A stretch of 19,503 nucleotides of DNA. It comes from Ginkgo biloba. Its lineage: Eukaryota > Plantae > Ginkgophyta. The stretch covers positions 128,674,219 to 128,693,721 of the forward strand of contig JANKJI020000004.1 in assembly GCA_024626585.2 (NCBI GenBank), given 5' to 3'. The notes under the pieces were generated by a model, which searched no databases, was not told where the DNA came from, and saw only the letters and a list, made by a program, of their open reading frames with translations. Positions 10,635 to 19,503 of this stretch are shown one piece after another. Each line of letters begins with the position of its first letter. Positions within the stretch are counted from its first letter, which is position 1. A program made the position numbers and the translations under genes.

Positions 10635-12449
10635 ACCTGTATGCCAAAAAAATTAAAAAGCATAATGCATNNNNNNNNNNNNNNNNNNNNNNNNNNNNNN
10701 NNNNNNNNNNNNNNNNNNNNNNNNNNNNNNNNNNNNNNNNNNNNNNNNNNNNNNNNNNNNNNNNNNNNNNCTATAATGTCACTTTCACTTTTACAATGTG
10801 GGATAAAACCCTTTTAAGTGAAAACAACTCAAAAGGAAATTAGACATGCTTTACAACAAAAGACGTAAGCCACTTGATGAGACGAATAGTGATTAAGTGT
10901 CGTGAAACTACTATGTACATTACAAACTGGCAATGAAGCTCATTATTCAAAGTTCAATTAAGAATTACATGTTTATGCGAAACATTTCATTAAGAAGCAA
11001 ACTACTTAAAATAGGAAAAAAAATTGTTGCGGAATGGTTTAATTGCCACTATGCTAATAATGATCCTAATGTATCAAGAATTCTTGTTGAGAGGGTTCAC
11101 AATCCTTAGCTTGATAACTTCTAGCAATTTATTGTCATTTTAACTTTGTTGGCCTCAAATTGAGTCTCCTAGCAAAGCTATTGCAATTTTTCCCTTAAAT
11201 TCAATAATTAGGACTACTTCTAGTTGGTCAAATTATTTTTGCTCTACTTTGTTTCCAACAAGTTGAGTTCCTAATTCTACTTTGTACAAGACAACGATTT
11301 GGAAAAGAATTGTTATAGCTCCGTTTGAGGCTTGGAATATTAGCTGCTATATATTTAGAAAACTATTGTTTTAGAGGTGCATTCCATACAATAAGTTCGA
11401 GGTCAATTAGAGGCCATTTGACTTAAGCCATTAGCCTTCAAAGTTACTGCTTCTATTTTAGTTATACAAATTTTGTGGTGTCTTGTATAGATCACTTTGT
11501 TTTTGACTCAACAATCTAGTTTTTGATAGCAATATTGGATGTTGCTTCTATTTTACTTCAACAAATTGACCTAGAAGACAATAAAATGGGGTTGTTGCCC
11601 TAGGGTTATTGAATTACTAAACCATGGTTGAAGTGAGCTTTCTTATGCAAGTCATAGGATATATATACTACTTAGTTCACAGAGAGAGAAGTCGTTTTTC
11701 TTTTAGTGGTGAAGAGCAAAATGAAGATTCCATCCCTATCTAAACTACATCTTGGTCGTTGGGCAAGTCTTCGAGGTTGCTTTTCTTAAGTCTTCTAGGT
11801 TGCATGCTATAATCCTTAGAATCACCTTATAAGTGATTCTATTGCTTAAAAAGTCATGTTGGGTCTTAGGGCTTAAGGCTGAAGCCTTAAGCTTACTTNN
11901 NNNNNNNNNNNNNNNNNNNNNNNNNNNNNNNNNNNNNNNNNNNNNNNNNNNNNNNNNNNNNNNNNNNNNNNNNNNNNNNNNNNNNNNNNNNNNNNNNNNN
12001 NNNNNNNNNNNNNNNNNNNNNNNNNNNNNNNNNNNNNNNNNNNNNNNNNNNNNNNNNNNNNNNNNNNNNNNNNNNNNNNNNNNNNNNNNNNNNNNNNNNN
12101 NNNNNNNNNNNNNNNNNNNNNNNNNNNNNNNNNNNNNNNNNNNNNNNNNNNNNNNNNNNNNNNNNNNNNNNNNNNNNNNNNNNNNNNNNNNNNNNNNNNN
12201 NNNNNNNNNNNNNNNNNNNNNNNNNNNNNNNNNNNNNNNNNNNNNNNNNNNNNNNNNNNNNNNNNNNNNNNNNNNNNNNNNNNNNNNNNNNNNNNNNNNN
12301 NNNNNNNNNNNNNNNNNNNNNNNNNNNNNNNNNNNNNNNNNNNTATTAGAGTAAGGTTGTTGCTCAAGATTTAAAGAAAAATCAAAAAAAGGGTTGAATA
12401 AAAATAGACAGAAAAATCCTTGATAAATACATCTTATCCATTTTTGTTG

Positions 12450-13800
12450 TTATTATAACACTTTCAATAATTATTTTGTAAATTTCTACACATGCAATAT
12501 GACTATCTACTCTTCTCCTCTAGTTTCACACAACCTACTATATGGATTAGCATCCTATTAAATTCCATTTGAACTCTTATGATCTTCAACTAAAATTGAA
12601 TTTGTCTTTAGTAATAGTTTGACAATAATCATATATTCCTATTTATCAACATCTATATTATTCGTCCTTCCACATACTTAACATAGTATTTGCATTCTTT
12701 AGGGCCTTGACTTGGGATTATGGGATCCAACCATTTATTTGAAAAAAATAAAAAATAAAAAACCAAATTCACAAATTGATCTCGACTCCATCCTTATTTG
12801 CATTATTAATTGTCTTCCAACTAACTAACTAGTCATCACATTGCCAAAATCTAGTTGTATTTGTCAGCAGAGCCTACATCTTACCAATTCATGCCCCCAA
12901 TGTTTGACAAGAGGCATTAACCACCAATGCTTGCGTTTGCGGCTACTGTCACCATTCATCAACTTTTAAAACTAAAGTGAAGCTTGCATGGATCAAATAT
13001 AAGCCAATGTTATATCATAATTACATTGGTTTTGCGAAACGCCAAAGTTTCACTAAGATAGAAATGGGCAAAACGTGTTTCACGAAAAATGGTGAAATGC
13101 TTGTGCAAAATGTACAACATATAACTTAAAAATCTAGAAATAAATGTTTCGATAATCATCTAATATGGTTATTTTGTCGAACATATAATGTTATTTTCAA
13201 TATTTCACTAAAGAAGTTTTACATGAGTTCCAAGTTTCAATACTCGAAACAAGTTTGGTGCCACTATGGTATTAGTCCTTGCTTTCGTTGGACTTGTTGC
13301 TCATGTTGTCAACTAGATAGTCAGGAGGGTGTGTAAAGTCTTACATCTCAAGTGGCCAAGGGCCACACAACCTACATTGTTGAAGAAGAAGAACAAACAT
13401 ACATTCTCCATTGGGTTGGCTCATTGCATTGTATCCATTTGCTACACATTAGCATGAGTAAGCATTATATTAGTTAGCATAAAAAGCAAAAGAGGCCCAA
13501 ATAACGCACCTCTTGCTTGAAACAATGTTGCCATGCCAAAATGAAAACTCTTTAAAATTTGGCTCAAGTCAAAATTTTAAACTTTACAATTTGAATAAGC
13601 CCTTCTTAATTTATACCTCGATCATATTTAGATTGAAGTAACAAGACCTTTGAAGTTCTTAAAGCATTTTTAGGCCTTTAGGATTAGTTTTTGGTCATGT
13701 CCACCTACAAGTTACCTTTAAACAACCTTTCCTTTTGAGAAACTAAGGTCTTGAAGTGTAGCAACTCTGGTGCCTATCATCTGTAAAACAACATACCTCG
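12450..13800 (-). mobile_element. Highly decayed L1-type LINE ORF2 remnant
   Basis: Motifs in the correct minus-strand order: FTDD (about 13780), VRYLGL (about 13500), LMNGDSSRKRKHWW/CLLSNIGGM/ALLT (about 12860-12960, like FLW.G....HWV.W...C.P...GGLG...ALL.K), and RLCETRGEE/DSHIAC (about 12490-12540). Several frameshifts are needed. Confidence 0.5.
13024..13268. mobile_element. Possible hAT-like MITE inserted in the LINE
   Basis: Imperfect inverted ends CATTGGTTTTGCGAAAC and GTTTGGTGCCACTATG with repeated gaaac/gtttc subterminal motifs. No clean 8-bp TSD is visible. Confidence 0.35.
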
Positions 13801-13891
13801 ACAAGCACTCGCTAAAGCGTTAGAGTTCTACAATATCTTTATACATACACATGCACATAGATAGGGTTTTTAATTTAGGGGAATGTGACAA

Positions 13892-14278
13892 AAGGGTAAA
13901 GCATCCATTGTTGGCCTTGGTGACAACCTTAGGGATTATTGTTTTGGTAGCCAAATCTCGGTTGCGTCCTCATGCAATCGCCAATGCCTAGCAACAACAA
14001 TTACTGCTTTGGTAGACTCCACCCCTTCACCCAACANNNNNNNNNNNNNNNNNNNNNNNNNNNNNNNNNNNNNNNNNNNNNNNNNNNNNNNNNNNNNNNN
14101 NNNNNNNNNNNNNNNNNNNNNNNNNNNNNNNNNNNNAAGGTTATAGTATCCATTTTTGGCCTTGGTGACGACCTTATGGGCTTACTATGTTGGTAGCCAA
14201 ACCTCCAGTTGCATCCCCGTACAACTATCTGCACCTAATAACTATGATTGCTCTCCTAGACTCCACCCCTTCTCCCAA
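13892..14278 (+). repeat. Diverged direct repeat pair of about 145 bp flanking a gap
   Basis: 13892-14036 and 14137-14278 share atccatt.ttggccttggtgac.acctta, tggtagccaaa and tagactccacccct.c.cccaa. Confidence 0.85.
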
Positions 14279-14471
14279 GATCCATAAGGATGCAAGCCTA
14301 AAAGAATCTTTTCAAACATTCGTTTGCACCAAGATACCTTCTAGCGATAAAACTTTAAGAAGGTTCATCCCTTAGCTAACAATAACATCAAATTCTCTTA
14401 ATTTTGGTGTTGTTACTTAGGGTGTCATTGCAACCCTCTTCTTTCGTTTATATTAATTCAAGGTACATATA

Positions 14472-14612
14472 GCTAATAGTGTTGTGGGTATCCTTTCAAC
14501 CCAATAACCAGTTCATGAAATATGGGTATTGTTTCAGCGCTATGGTTAATAGTGCAATGGGTATCCCTACAACCCAATAGCCGTAAACAAATTTGGATAT
14601 CATTTCAACCCA
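14472..14612. repeat. Degenerate minisatellite, four units of about 36 bp with hairpin core
   Basis: Cores tgggtatcctttcaaccca (14485), tgggtattgtttcagcgc (14523), tgggtatccctacaaccca (14558) and tggatatcatttcaaccca (14594). Confidence 0.75.
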
Positions 14613-16303
14613 TGTTAGCTAGAAATAATAGCCACATGCTACTAGCTTGCAAAAGGACATAAACAATCAAGCAGTTGCCTCTCCCAATGGAATTTGCATT
14701 ACTTCCTTATTTCACCCTGTGCTAGTAGACCTAAGTTCTAAAATTAGCATAATTTACACAAATAAGTCTCCTAGGCATACAATTACACATTTTCATCATA
14801 TATGGTTAAAACACATCATAAAATCTCTTTGGTACTACCTGAAGGGAAATGGTCTATAACTATGATTCTTTTCATGCATTTATGATAGGGAGATCAAATT
14901 TAAAATTTTGTTGTCAGATCTATAAGAATGTCAGAAAAATGAAGGATCAACACTGCTTATATATTAGGGTTTCTTATTTGGTGGAAGAACCTTAAATTTG
15001 AAGTGCCTTTAGCATGCATTGGGTTGTAATCTTCTAGGAATAAACTTGTTACTGCAATCTTCTTGAAATCAATAATAAAAGGGTAGTAAATTAGAGCCTA
15101 AAGATGGTTGCTCCTCTTCCAAAAGTCCTCTATCACCTGTAGAGGATTTCCTACATCTCTTGTTAGCCTAAAATGGTTGTTTGTTGATGCTAATGTTAGA
15201 TGCCTTGTTAGGAATCAACTCCATCCTCCCCCTTCAACAGAAAATTAGTCCTAGTGCCTTCTTCATTCAATAATCAACAACACAATTAGATTTGATCCAA
15301 TGATAGTCAAAAGTTGCCAAGCTANNNNNNNNNNNNNNNNNNNNNNNNNNNNNNNNNNNNNNNNNNNNNNNNNNNNNNNNNNNNNNNNNNNNNNNNNNNN
15401 NNNNNNNNNNNNNNNNNNNNNNNNCAATAAGAACAACAATATTTTAACAGCATGATAGCATTCCAAGGGCAAGATGCTAAAAGCAAGTGTTTTCATATGG
15501 AGTGAGCAAGCTAGAAGCAAGATTGACGTAAGCAAATATAAACAAGAAGAAGACCAATACCTACAACTGAGAAGAACTTCACATTTAATAGATGACTCTC
15601 CAAGGCCCAGATGAGGATGTGCATAAGGAATCTGAAAAATGTATTAAAGCATTTAAAAAAGGTGCACACATAAAGTATCGAGTATCTAAAGTAGGTAACA
15701 AAACTTCAAAAGAAAGTATGCAAGCAATTATAGAACATCTAAATTGGGTATAAAGTTTTTTCTACAGCTTGGAGTTAACTTGTTCTCACTCTTTTTTTAC
15801 TTTGAAGTTGACTTGCTTCATAGTTTAAGCCTTTAAGGCTATTTAAGTGACTTCACAAATGTGTTCCTAATGACCACTTTTAAGGTTAATTCGGAAAACA
15901 CAAGCTTAACTCTTGTTGTCTCCCAGGACTACAGTGGATCTATGTTTGCATCACTCAGTGTATTATCATCATCAAGTATAACATTGGCTAGGTTATACAT
16001 CGATCATTGTGCCACTAAACAATATATCTCATAATTATAACAATCAACCATGTGATCACATGGGAATCCAAGTACCTAAGTACATGGGAATCCAAGTAAC
16101 AATAACATCGATCATAGTCCAAGTACCTAACAATAACAGCATAATAATTCTAGTAATGAGGGTTTTAGGACTTGGGTCCTAACATGGAGTGCCTAGTAAA
16201 TCTTGATAGAACAAGGGTGTTTTCCTCCCCATGCTTCTGCACTCTTACAATCGGTTGTTTTATATACAATGTCAAGCTAATGGGAGAGATTAATTTTTAA
16301 CAG

Positions 16304-16371
16304 GAGTATGGAGCACAAGTCATTACTACCACTCCTACCGTGCCGTATATATTTGAGTATTCTGATGGAAG
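16304..16371 (+). CDS. GUF1: GUF1/LepA (EF4) translation factor, internal exon A
   Basis: Acceptor ttttaacAG and donor GTacag; 68 nt encoding EYGAQVITTTPTVPYIFEYSDG(S), matching the LepA (Q)EY...T.PTVPY motif as I recall it from plant mitochondrial-type GUF1. Confidence 0.93.
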
Positions 16372-16498
16372 GTACAGTCAAATTCAAATTATTTTTTGAT
16401 ATATTTAATTTTATTTTGACTATGTTTTGACTTTTATATTTGTCTACCATACAAACAGTTCCCTTGTGATGATATCTGATCCACTGCTATTTTTTTAG

Positions 16499-16603
16499 CA
16501 AGATTAATGTGCAGAATCCTGCTGCCTTATCTTCAAATCCTGGGAAACGTGTGGTAGCATGTTGGGAACCAACAGTGTTTGCAACTATTATTCTTCCTAG
16601 TGA
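16499..16603 (+). CDS. GUF1: GUF1/LepA internal exon B
   Basis: Acceptor tttttttAG and donor GTaagc; 105 nt, in phase with exon A, encoding (S)KINVQNPAALSSNPGKRVVACWEPTVFATIILPS(E), the NP..P...EP....I..P.EY motif of LepA. Confidence 0.95.
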
Positions 16604-16748
16604 GTAAGCGCTAATCAACTGTATCCATTTTTTCTTTCATCAAAGTTTTCCTTCCTATAACTCAAATGCCTTTTGTGTTGATTGAATCTATTTATGATTT
16701 GTATTATTTGATTTATTCTTTCTATTGATGGTTGATCTATAATTACAG

Positions 16749-16820
16749 ATATGTAGGAAGTGTTATAACACTCTGCTCTGAGAGGAGGGGGCAGCAACTA
16801 GAGTACTCATTTATTGATAG
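16749..16820 (+). CDS. GUF1: GUF1/LepA internal exon C
   Basis: Acceptor ttacAG and donor GTggat; 72 nt encoding (E)YVGSVITLCSERRGQQLEYSFID(S), the EF-G/LepA domain V YVG.V..LC..RRG motif. Confidence 0.95.
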
Positions 16821-16928
16821 GTGGATTTATTCACCTAAAACCAGTACAAGCTTATCATTCTTTGTTAGCTAAGTTTGTAATATCCAGCTTCATAATTGTT
16901 CCTTGATGGCTGTACCTTCTTTGTGCAG

Positions 16929-17042
16929 CCAGCGAGCCTTCTTGAAGTATCGGATGCCTCTGAGGGAAATTGTTGTGGATTTTTACAATGAACTCAAGAG
17001 TATAACATCTGGTTATGCTTCATTCGATTATGAAGATGCTGA
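16929..17042 (+). CDS. GUF1: GUF1/LepA internal exon D
   Basis: Acceptor tttgtgcAG and donor GTacgt; 114 nt encoding (S)[37 protein letters not shown](E), the diagnostic LepA PL.EI..DF...LKS...GYASFDY signature. Confidence 0.96.
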
Positions 17043-17254
17043 GTACGTGTTATAGATGCTTTGCATTTTGTTTGAGGCCTGTTGCACATTAATTTGTGCT
17101 TGTTTCAAGTACGGCATTAGTTCTATGCATTTCTGCCATGTTTGTTAATATGATCAGGTTTCCATAAGCAAAGTACTGCAATTTTGGTATTTTAATATCA
17201 ACCCTACAAAATTCTATTTTCGAGGGAAGAGAAAGTGGCATCATAGCTTAAAGA

Positions 17255-19340
17255 AGCAGAATGGAGGTTCTAGTGTAAGAATTTGCTAGTTAGGTCTTCA
17301 AATTCCTGTTTTCCATTATCCAAAACTGAACTTTCTTGAATGTGAGAGCTTGGAAGAGGGTAGAACAACTTTGGGGGTGGGGGGGAGAGAGAGAACGCAA
17401 TGTCAGCAAATGACCAAGAGCAGCAATATGGGATTGGTAAAAAGAGTAACATGTGGTAATACATTGGTGGGCAGTGCCTACAATATCTCCAATCTAAATC
17501 TACCTGAGTAAGATAGGGAAATAAAATAAAGATAAATAGATTGAGGGATCTATAATGGCCAATGTAGAACCTAGATATATAATGTTCAAGTGTATGGATG
17601 TGTAGGTGAGGTGCACACGATTGGTGTCCTAATGGGACTNNNNNNNNNNATAGGAGACCCAAGGAGGACCGATAATACTTAAGAAAGACATGGAACATCA
17701 AGTGTTTAGTCATGTATTGTCGTCTGCAGCTAGTATGCATGTCGCACAATGGCTTCATGGTATACTTTGTCTCAACTATCAACATATGCAGTCATTGAGC
17801 ACCTGCTGGATAATGTGTAAAATGTATCCTTTGGGGATGGGCTGGTAATGAGGCATCACTGTGAAACCCTGAGAGGCCACCCCTCCTCTGCTCAAGATCA
17901 TCTCTGAGGCTGCAGATAAACTAGTCATGAGGAATTACTNNNNNNNNNNNNNNNNNNNNNNNNNNNNNNNNNNNNNNNNNNNNNNNNNNNNNNNNNNNNN
18001 NNNNNNNNNNNNNNNNNNNNNNNNNNNNNNNNNNNNNNNGCGATAAAAACATCCTTATCGAGGGCTATGTATGTTCCCAATTTTTGTTCTTCGATTTTGA
18101 ATCAGTCCCAGTCGCTTCCAATCAAGCTAATAAAATTTTAGAGTTTGTAAAGGGAGAAATGAGAGAAAAAAAACAACTTATCCTTTGTTACCTCCTCGTT
18201 GAATTTGGTTTGGTCTGAATTTGCAGTAATGGCTCCTCCATTTGTCANNNNNNNNNNNNNNNNNNNNNNNNNNNNNNNNNNNNNNNNNNNNNNNNNNNNN
18301 NNNNNNNNNNNNNNNNNNNNNNNNNNNNTGCTCTCTCCTTCAAAAATCGATGATCTTGTCAAAGTTTTGAATATCTATCTCTATTTTTGTTATGTGAAAA
18401 GATCCCAATGAATTTTATTTCCCGCATTCATTATGAAATGTTGTAATTACAGGGGTTGCATTTGACCTAGCTGATAAGGAGATTTTCTGTGTGGAAGAGT
18501 AGAATATGTTTGATCAAATCTACTCCCTTGTCAAGGGTTTCTTGTTACTCGAACCCTTTTCCAAACACAATCTCTTGCCACTGCATCAAAGGCACTCTTA
18601 GAGTGTTCACTCTTGTGTCTAGGCTGCATGGAGGACTATCTAGTGATATGAGTCACTGAACAATGTCTGAATGCCTACTGAGTACTTTATGAGTTTGAGG
18701 GATGCTTCTGCCTAAATATAGAAGGGGCTGGGAAATTGAGACGACCATACTCTTCATCTTCACGACACTTTGTGGCTCATCATTGAAGGCATTTTTCCTA
18801 TGGAGAAACAGCTCTAAGAAAGATGGCCAAACAGCTATGGCCTGCCTGTAATCTCAAGGTGGATAAAGAATCCCTAAAACAGGAATAACGTTTCCAATCT
18901 CAATGAAGTGAATGATATATGTGGGTCAAATAAGCGCATGGAACAAGAGGGATTTGGCTGGGGTATCTTGGAGCTGCGATTGGGAACATTCTCCCTCTAA
19001 ACATGAAAGCCAAGCATACCCTTCATTTAGTCGGGATTGATCTATTGGGCGCATGTGGAAAATAGGAACAACAAATTTTACACTTAGGTAGATATACAAT
19101 GATATTGTCTTCACTGGTTGTCATAGAAAATTAAAGATTAGTTGTGATAGGGTGCTGCGAAGGCCACAATCTTAGCTTTTTAGGGTTCACCTACAACTTT
19201 GTCCAGTTATGAAAGGATTCTATGGAGTCCAAGTACCTCTTTAGTTCTTCGGAATGGAGGAAATAAGAGCAGGGCAATGAAAGACGATGCAAAATGCATC
19301 CATTCTTTGTCTATTTGGTGTCACTAATACAATACTCTTT
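17255..19340 (+). mobile_element. Highly decayed L1-type LINE ORF2 (RT, zinc finger, RNase H) in the downstream intron
   Basis: Ordered weak motifs: NGGSSVRI..LGLQ/FPLS (like NG.......RG.RQG.PLSP), MSAND (like FADD), IETTILF (like E...HLF), RNN, and KLKISCD/GAAK (like K.N.DGA.KG). All need frameshifts. Confidence 0.45.
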
Positions 19341-19503
19341 GTAATATTCCCAAACACACTAAATTGTTTGCCCTAAAGAAAATAATAATTAATATTTAAT
19401 ATCGATTGTCTTACAAGGATTCTTTGAGGTATATATATTTTTTTAAAGATACATCTTCATGAAACTAATAGTCCTTTGTTAATATTCATATTATTAATCT
19501 CAT

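Noticed and set aside
14150-14196. FGLGDDLMGLLCW as the missing GUF1 GFLGLLHM exon
   Set aside because: It lacks HM.VF.QRLE, ends in a stop, and is part of a direct repeat.
14485-14612. CRISPR array
   Set aside because: The period is only about 36 nt in total, the repeats are degenerate, the spacers resemble each other, there are no cas genes, and the context is a plant intron.
14620-15990. Unassigned AT-rich sequence, possibly more TE debris
   Set aside because: I found no motif, terminus or reading frame that I can support.
16304-17042. Bacterial lepA contamination or horizontal transfer
   Set aside because: The sequence is interrupted by canonical GT-AG spliceosomal introns and resembles the plant nuclear GUF1.
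17270-17785. 171-aa minus-strand ORF as a gene
   Set aside because: No recognisable domain, it spans a gap, and it is probably the antisense of a decayed LINE.
18440-18480. ttacAG acceptor as the next GUF1 exon
   Set aside because: In the required phase it reads (E)GCI* and shows no similarity to YQ..DLVKLDILLNG.

Overview
AT-rich, gap-riddled (13 N-runs) land-plant nuclear DNA; nothing here is prokaryotic. The only intact coding sequence is four short + strand exons (16304-16371, 16499-16603, 16749-16820, 16929-17042), which the ORF track misses. They splice in frame with GT-AG boundaries into the central part of a GUF1/LepA (EF4) translation GTPase resembling the plant mitochondrial-type protein. 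The rest appears to be intron filled with nested, decayed transposons: a minus-strand Ty3/Gypsy (gag-PR-RT-RH-INT) interrupted by an LTR inside its RNase H motif; a short LTR plus tRNA-iMet PBS; a + strand chromovirus integrase/chromodomain/PPT/LTR end; a minus-strand Tat/Athila-like gag with a long in-frame Asn/Gly-rich N-terminal extension; two very decayed L1-type LINE remnants; a possible hAT-like MITE; and several small repeats. I cannot support a new biological system. The best leads are the prion-like gag extension, the apparently >16 kb TE-filled intron and a mismatched LTR/integrase chimera. All protein similarities are from manual translation and recalled motifs, not database searches.
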